A stretch of 64,000 nt of DNA. It comes from Bacteroides sp. Lineage in GTDB: Bacteria > Bacteroidota > Bacteroidia > Bacteroidales > Muribaculaceae. Below, piece after piece: positions 10,294 through 20,237 of this stretch; the stretch's first letter is position 1, and each line of letters starts with the position of its first letter. The stretch lies in NCBI GenBank assembly GCA_014801525.1, contig JAAVEB010000014.1:25143-89142 (forward strand), in the 5' to 3' direction. The translations under genes and the position numbers were made by a program. A model generated the notes under the pieces. That model made no database searches and was not told where the DNA came from. It saw nothing but the letters and a program-made list of their open reading frames with translations.

Positions 10294-11547
10294 ATGAAAG
10301 AAGAACAAGTGAAAAAAGCGTATGAAATCGCTAAAGAACGCTATGCCGCAGTTGGTGTAGACACAGATAAAGTATTGGAGCAGATGCAGGACTTCCACCT
10401 GAGCATGCACTGCTGGCAGGCTGACGACGTTGCAGGTTTCGAACCTCACGAAGGCGGTCTCACCGGCGGTATTCAGGTTAACGGAAACTATCCCGGCAAG
10501 GCTCGCAACATCGACGAACTCCGCGCCGATATCCTTTATGCTATGTCGCTCATCCCCGGAAAGCACCGTCTCAACCTGCACGAAATATATGGCGACTTCG
10601 GCGGCAAGTATGTTGACCGCGACCAGTGCTCGGTAGAACATTTCCAGAGCTGGATCGACTGGGGTAAGACCAATGACATCAAACTTGACTTCAACTCAAC
10701 TTCATTCTCTCACTCAAAGAGTGGCGACCTCAGCCTTTCTAACCCTGATAAGGCTATCCGCGACTTCTGGATCGAGCACTCAAAACGCTGCCGCGCCATT
10801 TCACAGGCTATCGGCGAGGCTCAGCAGGATCCCTGTATCATGAACACTTGGGTTCATGACGGAAGCAAGGACATCACCGTTAACCGCTACATGTATCGCG
10901 AACTTCTCAAGGATTCTCTTGACCAGATTTTCGAACATAAGTATGACTGGATGAAGGACTGCGTTGAATCAAAGGTGTTCGGTATCGGTCTTGAAAGCTA
11001 CACCGTGGGCAGCAACGACTTCTACACCGCCTATGCTTCTAAGAACGACATGATGATCACTCTCGACACCGGTCACTTCCACCCCACCGAAAGCGTGGCT
11101 GACAAGGTATCGGCAATGTTGCTCTTCGTTCCCGAATTGATGCTTCACGTGAGCCGCCCCATCCGTTGGGACTCTGACCACGTTACAATCATGGACGATC
11201 CCACAATGGATCTTTTCAGCGAAATCGTGCGTGCCGGCGCTCTCAACCGCGTTCACTACGGTCTCGACTACTTCGACGGTACTCTTAACCGCATCGGCGC
11301 TTACGTGATCGGTAGCCGCGCCGCTCAGAAGTGTATGCTCCGCGCTCTTCTCGAGCCGCTCGCAACCCTTCGCAAATATGAGCTCGACGACAAGAAATTC
11401 CAGCGTCTCGCCCTTCTCGAAGAGTGCAAGAACCTCCCCTGGAATGCTGTTTATGACATGTTCTGCTTGAAGAACAATGTTCCTGTCGGCGAGGACTTCA
11501 TCCCCGCAGTTGAAAAATACGAAGTTGACGTTACTTCCAAGAGATAA
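10294..11547 (+). CDS. rhaA: L-rhamnose isomerase
   Basis: SMHCWQADDV, NYPGKARN, ESKVFGIGLESYTVGS, HVSRPIRWDSDHV. Confidence 0.96.
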   Translation: MKEEQVKKAYEIAKERYAAVGVDTDKVLEQMQDFHLSMHCWQADDVAGFEPHEGGLTGGIQVNGNYPGKARNIDELRADILYAMSLIPGKHRLNLHEIYGDFGGKYVDRDQCSVEHFQSWIDWGKTNDIKLDFNSTSFSHSKSGDLSLSNPDKAIRDFWIEHSKRCRAISQAIGEAQQDPCIMNTWVHDGSKDITVNRYMYRELLKDSLDQIFEHKYDWMKDCVESKVFGIGLESYTVGSNDFYTAYASKNDMMITLDTGHFHPTESVADKVSAMLLFVPELMLHVSRPIRWDSDHVTIMDDPTMDLFSEIVRAGALNRVHYGLDYFDGTLNRIGAYVIGSRAAQKCMLRALLEPLATLRKYELDDKKFQRLALLEECKNLPWNAVYDMFCLKNNVPVGEDFIPAVEKYEVDVTSKR

Positions 11548-12578
11548 TGGAAATCGTATTAGGACTACTTATAATAGCCATCGGAAGCTTCTGCCAGTCC
11601 AGCAGCTATGTGCCCATCAAAAAGGTGCGTGACTGGAGCTGGGAGAGCTTCTGGCTCGTCCAGGGAGTGTTCGCGTGGCTCGTATTCCCCTTCCTCGGCG
11701 CTCTTCTCGCCGTGCCTGCGGGTCACAGCCTTTGCGAGCTCTTCACCTCTGAAAATTCGTTCCGCATCTGGATGACTATCCTCTTCGGAGCCTTGTGGGG
11801 CGTGGGCGGCTTGACATTCGGACTCTCCATGCGCTACCTCGGCGTGGCGCTCGGACAGAGTATTTCCCTTGGCACCTGCGCGGGTCTCGGCACTATCCTC
11901 GGCCCCGTGATGCTCAACATCTTCTTCCCCGAAGGGCACTATCTCGCCCAGCTTACCGCCGCCGTTATTATCGGCGTGGTGGTGACGCTCATCGGTATCT
12001 GCATCATCGGCATCGCCGGCGGCATGAAATCGAAGAGCATGAGCGAGGAGGAGAAGAAAGAGGCAGTCAAGGATTTCAATTTCCCCAAGGGTATCGCCAT
12101 CGCTCTGCTTGCCGGCGTGATGAGCGGATGCTTCAACGTGGGACTCGAATTCGGCAGCACTATCACGTTTGCCGATTCGGCTGAAATCTACCGCACTCTT
12201 CCCGCCACATTCCTTGTGACTCTCGGAGGTTTTGTCACCAACGCTGTCTACTGCTTGTATCAGAACACCCGCAATCACACTTTCGGAGACTATGGAAAGG
12301 TTTCGCTCTATGCCAACAATATCCTTTTCTGCTGTCTTGCCGGAGCGTTGTGGTATAGCCAGTTCTTCGGACTGTCGCTTGGCAAGGGCTACCTCGCCGG
12401 TTCGCCCACGCTGCTCACATTCAGCTGGTGTATACTGATGGCGCTCAACGTGACATTCTCCAATGTGTGGGGCATCATTCTGAACGAGTGGAAGGGAACC
12501 ACTTCGGCTACGCGTCTTGTGCTCCTCGTGGGCATCGTGGTGCTGATTGTGTCCACATTCCTGCCGCAGATTCTCTAA
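11547..12578 (+). CDS. rhaT: L-rhamnose/H+ symporter
   Basis: WSWESFW, GALWGVGGLTFGLSMRYLG, WGIILNEWKG. Confidence 0.93.
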   Translation: MEIVLGLLIIAIGSFCQSSSYVPIKKVRDWSWESFWLVQGVFAWLVFPFLGALLAVPAGHSLCELFTSENSFRIWMTILFGALWGVGGLTFGLSMRYLGVALGQSISLGTCAGLGTILGPVMLNIFFPEGHYLAQLTAAVIIGVVVTLIGICIIGIAGGMKSKSMSEEEKKEAVKDFNFPKGIAIALLAGVMSGCFNVGLEFGSTITFADSAEIYRTLPATFLVTLGGFVTNAVYCLYQNTRNHTFGDYGKVSLYANNILFCCLAGALWYSQFFGLSLGKGYLAGSPTLLTFSWCILMALNVTFSNVWGIILNEWKGTTSATRLVLLVGIVVLIVSTFLPQIL

Positions 12579-12607
12579 CAGTTTAACTAATATATAATCA
12601 CAGACTA

Positions 12608-13420
12608 ATGGCTTCTATCTTAGAAAACCGTCCAATGCTTGCAAAGCAAGTGAACGATGTGGCTGAAGTAGCCGGCTATCTCTGGCAAAAGGGGTGGGCT
12701 GAGCGTAACGGCGGCAACATCACTGTCAATATCACCGAACATGTTGATGACGCTATACGCATTATGCCCGCTATCGGACCGGTTACCCCAATAGGCATGA
12801 CTCTTCCCAATCTCAAGGGATGTTATTTCTATTGCAAGGGTACAAACCGCCGTATGCGCGACCTCGCACGCTGGCCTATGGACAACGGCTCGATCATACG
12901 CATCACCGACGACTGCGCTCACTATGAGATTATCGCCGACAATCTCGTGAAGCCCACTTCGGAGCTGCCTTCTCACCTTGCCGTGCATAATTATCTCATC
13001 GGAAAGGGTTCAAACTACAAGGCATCGGTTCACACTCACCCCATTCAGCTTGTTGCCATGAGCCACAATCCTGAATTCCTGAAAAAGGATGTGTTGAGCG
13101 ATATCCTCTGGAGCATGATTCCCGAGACAAAGGCATTCTGTCCCCGCGGTCTTGGCATCGTTCCTTATATGCTTCCCTCTTCCAATGAGCTCGCCGAAGC
13201 CACCATCAAGGCTATCGACGATGACTATGACGTGGTGATGTGGGAGAAGCATGGCGTGTTCTCTGTTGCCGAGGATGTGCTTGAAGCGTTTGACATGATC
13301 GACGTGCTCACCAAGAGCGCCCAGATCTACATGGACGCGTGCACAATGGGCTTCAAACCCACCGGCATGAGCGACGAGCAGATGAAGGAAATGACCAAAG
13401 CGTTCAACCTTCCCAAGTAA
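12608..13420 (+). CDS. rhaD: Rhamnulose-1-phosphate aldolase
   Basis: GWAERNGGN, PTSELPSHL, HTHP, WEKHGV. Confidence 0.95.
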   Translation: MASILENRPMLAKQVNDVAEVAGYLWQKGWAERNGGNITVNITEHVDDAIRIMPAIGPVTPIGMTLPNLKGCYFYCKGTNRRMRDLARWPMDNGSIIRITDDCAHYEIIADNLVKPTSELPSHLAVHNYLIGKGSNYKASVHTHPIQLVAMSHNPEFLKKDVLSDILWSMIPETKAFCPRGLGIVPYMLPSSNELAEATIKAIDDDYDVVMWEKHGVFSVAEDVLEAFDMIDVLTKSAQIYMDACTMGFKPTGMSDEQMKEMTKAFNLPK

Positions 13421-13435
13421 AGGACGTTATTCCAA

Positions 13436-13480
13436 TTAAAAAAGACGGGCGCATCATTATCGATGCGCCCGTCTTTTTAA
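13436..13480. terminator. Bidirectional intrinsic terminator between rhaD and the esterase
   Basis: AAAAAAGACGGGCGCATC-loop-GATGCGCCCGTCTTTTT. Confidence 0.9.
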
Positions 13481-13514
13481 TATCTCAGCCATCTATCCTT
13501 CGAGACGGGAGGCA

Positions 13515-14705
13515 TTATTTTAGATGCAGGCGGGATGAAGCGCGGATTCCGTTGGCGGTTGTCGCGCTGATGTACCACATGGTGGCATCGGCGGGAATGT
13601 TGGCGGTCCAGTTGTAGTCACGGAGGTCACAGGGAATCTGCTGCCAGGTGTATTTATCCATCTGCTCTCCCGAGTCGGCAGTATAGTGGAGCGTCACTTC
13701 CTTGACGGGGAGCGACGTGATGATTCCGCCTTTTGCGATGGTGGAGCCTGTCATAGTCTCCTCGGTGATTCGGGGCATCGGCGTGGAGCCAAGAAGCCAG
13801 CTGTTTATGAACATCTCGATTTCGTCGTTCTGCCAGCCATACTTGTGGCTGTGACGCAATCCTTGTTTTATCAGTACTTCCGATTGCTTGGGAAGAGCGG
13901 CGCTTTGAGCCATCGAGGGGAGATAGAAATGCACGTCGTTGGTTCCGTCGATAAACAGAATCGGGCGGTCCATCAACGGCAGATAGTTGGAGGGGTCATA
14001 TTGGCTTATCCATGTTGCTCTTTCCAGGGCGGGAAGTTTGTCGAGCTGCTCTTTCATTTTGCCGCTCTCCCAAAGATATCCGCACCCGTAGACAGGGACA
14101 GCCGCTTTAAACCGGTTGTCGAGCGAGGAGGCGATGCAGGTCAGCACTCCGCCCCAGCTTATGCCGGTGATTGCTGTGCGTGCCGTGTCGACTTCCTGAA
14201 AGCTTCGCAGCAGGCTGTGGGCGTTTATCACATCGCCTGTCGCCTGATAGACCCACTGCTCATTGAGCGGTAGAGTCACGTCGAAATAGGGCGTTTCTTT
14301 TCCGTTTTCATCGAAGCCGCCCTCAATGTGCATCCGGTCGTGACCGTTTCCGCGTGTGTCAAGCGCGAGGGCGGCATATCCTCTCTTCGCCCACATAGCC
14401 ACCCATTCCCTGAAAGCGGCGCCACCGCCGCCGTGTACCAGGACTATTCCCGGCAGCTTCTCGCCGCTGTAATTTTTTCCGGCTATCATGGAGGGGGTTG
14501 AGTAGTAGGCGAACACAGCCTTGTCTTTGCCTTTGTAGGGGAGCGACTCGAAGATGATGGATCTGATAGAGTCTTCTCCGACTATGCGATATTCAGGCAC
14601 GCGGTCAAGGTTTTCGTTCTCCCATGGAGTTCCGGCAGTGTTGAATTGCGCCGATAGAGTGAGCGGCAACAAGATTGATGCTAAAATTACTGAGGCTGAT
14701 TTCAT
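13515..14705 (-). CDS. Secreted alpha/beta-hydrolase, probable carbohydrate (acetyl) esterase
   Basis: Signal peptide; VLVHGGGG oxyanion motif, GISWGG nucleophile elbow, downstream Asp and His candidates. Confidence 0.75.
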   Translation of the reverse strand: MKSASVILASILLPLTLSAQFNTAGTPWENENLDRVPEYRIVGEDSIRSIIFESLPYKGKDKAVFAYYSTPSMIAGKNYSGEKLPGIVLVHGGGGAAFREWVAMWAKRGYAALALDTRGNGHDRMHIEGGFDENGKETPYFDVTLPLNEQWVYQATGDVINAHSLLRSFQEVDTARTAITGISWGGVLTCIASSLDNRFKAAVPVYGCGYLWESGKMKEQLDKLPALERATWISQYDPSNYLPLMDRPILFIDGTNDVHFYLPSMAQSAALPKQSEVLIKQGLRHSHKYGWQNDEIEMFINSWLLGSTPMPRITEETMTGSTIAKGGIITSLPVKEVTLHYTADSGEQMDKYTWQQIPCDLRDYNWTANIPADATMWYISATTANGIRASSRLHLK

Positions 14706-14712
14706 GATTTCG

Positions 14713-17334
14713 TTAGTCTGTTATGATCAATGACACTTGTTGCGTTTTCATCCCTTTTGATTCCACTTTCAACACGGCTTTTCCTGTCTCGCCGTGTTTC
14801 CCTCGCAAAATCACTAAGGCGAGTCCATTGTAGGCGTCGCGCTCGGGAAGGTTGAACGGCAACAGGCTCGTAGCGTCGCCATTGTCGGTAGCGACGATTT
14901 CCACCGGTCCGCTGACTGAGAATTTCAAGTGATTTTTGGACCGGGGCACAACTCTGCCCTGTTTGTCGACCACGGCGACGCGCACAAATGCCAGGTCAGC
15001 GCCGCTGTTGTTGATGGCGGTGGTTTCGGGAGATATTTCGATTGCCGCCGGCTTGCCTGTCGTCTCAACGGTTTCCTCAGCCCATAGCTGTCCGTTTTTA
15101 TAGGCAACGGCTTTCAATGTTCCTGGTTCGTAGCGCACATCGTCCCATATAAGGCGGTCATAGGCATTCTTTTTCTCGCGTCTGCCGAGCGGTTTGCCAT
15201 TCAGGAACAGCTCAACGGCGTCGCCCGAGGTGTAGACATGAACCGGGGTTATCTCGCCAAGTCTCTCTTCCCAGTTCCAATGGGGGAGAATGTGGAGGGT
15301 TGGCACTTCGGGGCGCCAATAGCTCTTGTAGCAGTAGTAGCGGTCTTTGGGGAAGCCACACAGGTCGACGATGCCGAAATAGGAGCTTCGCGCCGGGGTT
15401 TTTATTTTGCCAAGCTGAGCCAACTCGGCTTTCGCTTTTTCCAACTCGATTGAATCGCTGAAGTTGAGGAGATTGGTGAGGTCTTTATTATAGGGGGTGG
15501 GTTCGCCGAGATAGTCGAAGCCGGTCCACACGAATTCGCCGCTCATGAACGGATATTCCTCATTCATCTTGAACTGCGCTTCGGGTGAACATCCCCAACC
15601 CACGGTCGTCATGTCGTAGGATGACAGTTGGAATCCCGAACGGCTGTCGTCGACATTTGTCGTCACCGGGAAGAAATACTCGCCTCGTGAGCTGGTCGCT
15701 GAGGAGGTTTCGCTTGCATGATAGCGGCGGGTGGGGTTCTGTTCTTTGAACACGGGATAAGTTTTGTGGAAGTAATTGATTCCGAAGATGTCGACGTTAT
15801 TTACGATGTCGCGGAAGACTGTGGGCTGCTTATTGCTGCCGAACGACGTGGGGCGAGTAGGATCCTCGTCATGGCAGAACGCAGTCAGGTTGCGGGCTAT
15901 TATTATGCCCTCGTCGGTCGTTTGGTCGGGCATTTCGTTACCGATGCTCCACATGATAACAGAGGGGTTGTTGCGGTAGTGGCGGACAAGTGAACGCATA
16001 TCGGCTTCATTCCAGTCGTTGAAAAGCAGATGGTAGTCATTCTTGCGTTTTCCCCGCTGCCATGTGTCGGCTAATTCGAGCTGCATCATCAGTCCCATGC
16101 GGTCGCATAAGGCGACAAGCTCGGGAGCCGGAGGATTGTGGGAGGTTCTGATTGCGTTTACCCCCATCTCTTTCATTATGCGCAGCTGGCGCTCCGCAGC
16201 AACTTCGTTGAATGCCGCGCCCAGGGCTCCGAGGTCATGATGGAGGCATACTCCCTTGATGGGAACTTTCTTGCCGTTAAGCTTAAACCCTTCATCATGG
16301 GTAAACTCGATGGAGCGTATGCCGAATGGGGTGGAGTAGGAGTCGATCTCCTTGCCGTCCTTCATTATTTTGGTGACGGCAACGTAGCAATCAGGGGAGT
16401 CGATGTCCCACAGCTGTGGCTCGGGAACGTCAAAGTAGAAACGAGCACTTGAGTAGCTTTCTCTCGGAACACTCAGTGTCCTTGGAGCGGTTTCAGTCAC
16501 CGCTTCGCCTGTGGGATTGCCGTCGGCATCCTGTCGATATATGCCGGTGCGCAGTTCGACTTTCGTGTTGATAGTGTCATGATTCTCTACGTTAATGCCC
16601 ATTTCCATCCTGGCATTTTGGGGAGTGATGTCGACGTTGCGTATGAATGTGCCCCACTGGCTCACGTGGACTGGCGATGTCTTTACCAACCACACGTTGC
16701 GGTATATGCCGCCGCCCGGATACCAGCGTGAGGCTTCGTCAGGATTTTCGAGCCTTATGGCGAGAGTGTTTTTCTGTCCAGGCTTCACATAGGGGGTGAG
16801 GTCGAGCCTGAAGGAGGCATAGCCGTAAGGCCAGCCCCCGACCAAGTTGCCGTTGCACCACACCGAAGCATAGGACATGGCTCCGTCGATGTCAAGATAT
16901 ATCTGCTTGCCCCGGTCTGATTCGGGGAGGTCGAAGTTTTTCCGGTACCAGCCGATGCCCCAGTAAGGGAGTTTGCCGGTTGCTCCTTCATAGTCGATAT
17001 TGAACGGACGCTCGATTGCCCAATCGTGGGGCAGATTCAAGTGCCGCCACTCCGAGTCGTCAAATTCCGGAAGGGTATATGCCGCCGACGTTTCAAACGG
17101 TTTATGTGGAGCTTCGTTCCTTTTGCCGAATATTATGAATTGATTTGCCGCCGGAAGCAGGTAGGGTTTCAGGCGTGAATAGTGAAGCGACGAGTCGGTG
17201 CCGGCGGGATCGTCGTCGGCGTAGCGCCATTCGCGGTTGAGGCTGATGCGTTCACGTTGCGAACTGTCGTTTGCCGGGGCGACGTCTATTTTCAGCGCGA
17301 CTATGAGCGCGGCGATAACAAGGTGGCGTATCAT
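14713..17334 (-). CDS. Glycoside hydrolase family 2 (beta-galactosidase-like), secreted
   Basis: LPHDWAI, RWYPGGGIYR, HHDLGALG, IRTSHNPP, WSIGNE, WTGFDYLGEPTPY. Confidence 0.92.
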   Translation of the reverse strand: MIRHLVIAALIVALKIDVAPANDSSQRERISLNREWRYADDDPAGTDSSLHYSRLKPYLLPAANQFIIFGKRNEAPHKPFETSAAYTLPEFDDSEWRHLNLPHDWAIERPFNIDYEGATGKLPYWGIGWYRKNFDLPESDRGKQIYLDIDGAMSYASVWCNGNLVGGWPYGYASFRLDLTPYVKPGQKNTLAIRLENPDEASRWYPGGGIYRNVWLVKTSPVHVSQWGTFIRNVDITPQNARMEMGINVENHDTINTKVELRTGIYRQDADGNPTGEAVTETAPRTLSVPRESYSSARFYFDVPEPQLWDIDSPDCYVAVTKIMKDGKEIDSYSTPFGIRSIEFTHDEGFKLNGKKVPIKGVCLHHDLGALGAAFNEVAAERQLRIMKEMGVNAIRTSHNPPAPELVALCDRMGLMMQLELADTWQRGKRKNDYHLLFNDWNEADMRSLVRHYRNNPSVIMWSIGNEMPDQTTDEGIIIARNLTAFCHDEDPTRPTSFGSNKQPTVFRDIVNNVDIFGINYFHKTYPVFKEQNPTRRYHASETSSATSSRGEYFFPVTTNVDDSRSGFQLSSYDMTTVGWGCSPEAQFKMNEEYPFMSGEFVWTGFDYLGEPTPYNKDLTNLLNFSDSIELEKAKAELAQLGKIKTPARSSYFGIVDLCGFPKDRYYCYKSYWRPEVPTLHILPHWNWEERLGEITPVHVYTSGDAVELFLNGKPLGRREKKNAYDRLIWDDVRYEPGTLKAVAYKNGQLWAEETVETTGKPAAIEISPETTAINNSGADLAFVRVAVVDKQGRVVPRSKNHLKFSVSGPVEIVATDNGDATSLLPFNLPERDAYNGLALVILRGKHGETGKAVLKVESKGMKTQQVSLIITD

Positions 17335-17363
17335 GATGTAGCAGTTTTGGGGATGTTTGTGTA

Positions 17364-17371
17364 CAAATATA
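17364..17371 (-). promoter_or_regulatory. Bacteroidota sigma-A -7 element for GH2
   Basis: TATATTTG (TAnnTTTG) on minus strand, about 30 nt upstream of ATG. Confidence 0.6.
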
Positions 17372-17440
17372 TCGATAATGGAGCGGAAGCGTTATAAAAA
17401 TCGTGCAAAAGTCTTTAGCGGCTGTTTCGTGGAGAGGTAT

Positions 17441-17472
17441 AAAAAAAGCTGCATGACTCATGCAGCTTTTTT
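17441..17472 (-). terminator. Intrinsic terminator after kduI
   Basis: AAAAAAAGCTGCATGA-C-TCATGCAGCTTTTTT. Confidence 0.85.
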
Positions 17473-17493
17473 ATTGGATGAATGGGATGAAGT

Positions 17494-18414
17494 TTACTTC
17501 ATTTCAAGGTAAGTGATTTTGTCCATGTCGCCATAGTCAAGGTTTTCACCACCCATACCCCAGATGAACATGTAGTTGCTGGTTCCGGCGGCAGCGTGGA
17601 TTGACCACTCGGGGCTTTGAACAGCCTGCTCGTTGTGGAGCCAGATTACACGGTTTTCCTGAGGTTCGCCCATGAAGTGAGCGATTGCGTTTCCGGCGGG
17701 CACATTGAAGTAGAAGTATGCTTCAACGCGACGGTCGTGAGTGTGGGCAGGCATTGTGTTCCACACGCTTCCCGGCTTCAACTCGGTGAGACCCATCTGG
17801 AGCTGGCACGGTCCCTCTTCAAGCACGTTGTTGACGATGAGCTGATTGATGACGCGGTCGTTGCTCTCTTCCATCGAACCGGCTGCGAAAGAGTTGGCTT
17901 TGAGCGAGCCCTTGCGTCCGTCGATGGTGATGAGCTGAGTCTTGTATTCCTTGTGGGCGGGAGTTGAGTTGATATAGAACTTGGCGGGATTGGTCTTGTC
18001 CTTGCTGCGGAAAGTCACTTTCTTGTTGCCTTTACCTACATAGAGGGCGTCCTTGAAGTTGAGCTCATAGTCCTTGCCGTCAACGTTGATGATGCCGGGA
18101 CCTCCGATGTTGATTGCTCCGAGCTCGCGGCGTTCAAGGAAATACTCAGCCTTAAGCGGGTCGATGGTCTCAAGCTCGACAACTGTGTTGACGGGAGAAA
18201 CGCCGCCGAAGATGAGGCGGTCATACATCGAGTAGGTGAGGTTGATGGTGTCGGGCGCGATCACGGTGGGCATAGTGAAACGCTCGCGCAAGGTTGCGGT
18301 GTCATAATGCTTCACGTCATCGGGGTGACATGCCCTCATGATGCTGTAGTTGGTGACAGCTCCTGCTGATAATGTCGCCATAGCCAATGCTACACTAAGG
18401 ATTATTTTTTTCAT
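17494..18414 (-). CDS. kduI: 5-dehydro-4-deoxy-D-glucuronate isomerase with N-terminal Sec signal peptide
   Basis: [49 protein letters not shown]; N-terminus [19 protein letters not shown]. Confidence 0.93.
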   Translation of the reverse strand: MKKIILSVALAMATLSAGAVTNYSIMRACHPDDVKHYDTATLRERFTMPTVIAPDTINLTYSMYDRLIFGGVSPVNTVVELETIDPLKAEYFLERRELGAINIGGPGIINVDGKDYELNFKDALYVGKGNKKVTFRSKDKTNPAKFYINSTPAHKEYKTQLITIDGRKGSLKANSFAAGSMEESNDRVINQLIVNNVLEEGPCQLQMGLTELKPGSVWNTMPAHTHDRRVEAYFYFNVPAGNAIAHFMGEPQENRVIWLHNEQAVQSPEWSIHAAAGTSNYMFIWGMGGENLDYGDMDKITYLEMK

Positions 18415-18427
18415 TATTTATAAGGAT

Positions 18428-19087
18428 TTATTTCTTTGCATAGCTCAAAGACTCGCGGCACTTTTCAGTAACGTAAGCCCAGTCGCCTGCCTGTACTTTG
18501 TCTTTCGGGAAAAGTTTAGAACCCATACCAACGCAGTATACGCCTGCGTCAAACCATGACTTGAGGTTTTCAGCTGTGGGTTCAACACCGCCGGTAACCA
18601 TGAGTTTTGACCATGACATGGGGGCGAGAAGTCCTTTCACGAATTTCGGTCCGAGAACGTCGCCGGGGAACACCTTGCAAAGGTCGCATCCGCATTCCTG
18701 AGCGAAACCTACCTCGCTGATTGTGCCGCAGCCGGGAGTGTAGGGAACAAGACGGCGGTTGCAAATCTTTGAGATTTCGGGGTTGAACAACGGACCAACG
18801 ATGAAGCATGCGCCAAGCTGAAGATAGAGCGCAGCGGTAGCGGGGTCAACGATAGAGCCTACGCCGATAGCCATTTCAGGACATTCTTTAGCTGCGAATT
18901 TAACGACTTCAGCAAACACTTCGTGAGCGAAATCGCCGCGGTTGGTGAATTCGAAAGCGCGGATACCGCCTTCATAGCAAGCCTTTACGACCTGTTTTGC
19001 CACTTCGGCGTCCTTGTGATAGAACACCGGAACGATAGGAGCTTCCGCCATCTTGGCGAGAACTGCCACTTTATCAAATTTTGCCAT
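18428..19087 (-). CDS. eda: KDPG/KHG aldolase
   Basis: [29 protein letters not shown]. Confidence 0.92.
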   Translation of the reverse strand: MAKFDKVAVLAKMAEAPIVPVFYHKDAEVAKQVVKACYEGGIRAFEFTNRGDFAHEVFAEVVKFAAKECPEMAIGVGSIVDPATAALYLQLGACFIVGPLFNPEISKICNRRLVPYTPGCGTISEVGFAQECGCDLCKVFPGDVLGPKFVKGLLAPMSWSKLMVTGGVEPTAENLKSWFDAGVYCVGMGSKLFPKDKVQAGDWAYVTEKCRESLSYAKK

Positions 19088-19169
19088 AATTGTTATTGGA
19101 CTGTTTTATTCAAATTAGTCTTACCGGGCGCGGAGCCCGATAAGACTGAATGTTTTTATTGAGTTTTGA

Positions 19170-20192
19170 TTAGCGCTGAACGCGGCCGTTAGCGTTACCG
19201 CCTGCGAGTGATTCAACTTCTTCAACAGTGACGAGGTTGAAGTCGCCGGGGATAGTGTGCTTGAGGGCTGAAGCTGCAACTGCAAATTCAAGAGCCTCTG
19301 CCTGGTTAGGCTTGGTGAGAAGACCGTGGATGATACCGCCTGAGAAAGAGTCGCCGCCACCTACGCGGTCGATGATCGGGTTGATATCATAGCGTTTTGA
19401 TTCATAGAATTCCTCGCCGTTGTAGATCATAGCCTTCCAGCCGTTGTGGGTAGCTGAGAATGACTCGCGGAGAGTAGAGATGACATACTTGAATCCGAAT
19501 TCTTTAGCCATAGCCTTGAAGATGCCCTTGTAGCCTTCAGCTGAAGTTTCGCCGGCTTCTACGTCAGCGTCGGGTTTGAATCCGAGGCAGAGTTCAGCGT
19601 CTTCTTCGTTGCCGATGCAAACATCTACATATTTCATCAACGGACGCATGATTGACTGAGCTTTTTCCTTAGTCCACAGTTTTTTGCGGAAGTTGAGGTC
19701 AACGCTGACAGTCACGCCGTGACGCTTTGCAGCTTCGCAGGCAAGACGAGTAAGTTCGGCAGCCTTGTCAGAGATGGCGGGAGTGATGCCGCTCCAGTGG
19801 AACCAGTCAGCGCCTTCCATGATTGCGTCAAAGTCGAAGTCGGCGGGATCAGCTTCAGCGATTGAAGAGCCTGCGCGGTCATATATGACTTTTGAAGGAC
19901 GCATTGAAGCGCCGGTTTCGCAATAATAGATACCTACACGGTTACCGCCGCGGGCGATGTGGTCGGTCTTCACGCCATAGCGACGAAGAGCGTTGACAGC
20001 AGCCTGTCCGATTTCGTGTTTAGGAAGTTTTGAAACGAAATATGCGTCATGTCCGTAGTTAGCGCAGCTTACGGCTACGTTAGCTTCGCCACCACCCCAG
20101 ATTACGTTGAAGTTGTCTACTTGCAATAAACGATAACAGCCTTCCGGCGAGAGGCGAAGCATGATTTCACCTAAAGTTACTACTTTACTCAT
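19170..20192 (-). CDS. kdgK: 2-keto-3-deoxygluconate kinase (PfkB)
   Basis: GEIMLRLS, GGGEANVA, DLNFRKKLW, DRVGGGDSF. Confidence 0.92.
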   Translation of the reverse strand: MSKVVTLGEIMLRLSPEGCYRLLQVDNFNVIWGGGEANVAVSCANYGHDAYFVSKLPKHEIGQAAVNALRRYGVKTDHIARGGNRVGIYYCETGASMRPSKVIYDRAGSSIAEADPADFDFDAIMEGADWFHWSGITPAISDKAAELTRLACEAAKRHGVTVSVDLNFRKKLWTKEKAQSIMRPLMKYVDVCIGNEEDAELCLGFKPDADVEAGETSAEGYKGIFKAMAKEFGFKYVISTLRESFSATHNGWKAMIYNGEEFYESKRYDINPIIDRVGGGDSFSGGIIHGLLTKPNQAEALEFAVAASALKHTIPGDFNLVTVEEVESLAGGNANGRVQR

Positions 20193-20237
20193 TTTTCTTT
20201 AATAATTGGTTAGACTTAATGTATTTAATTTGGTTAT

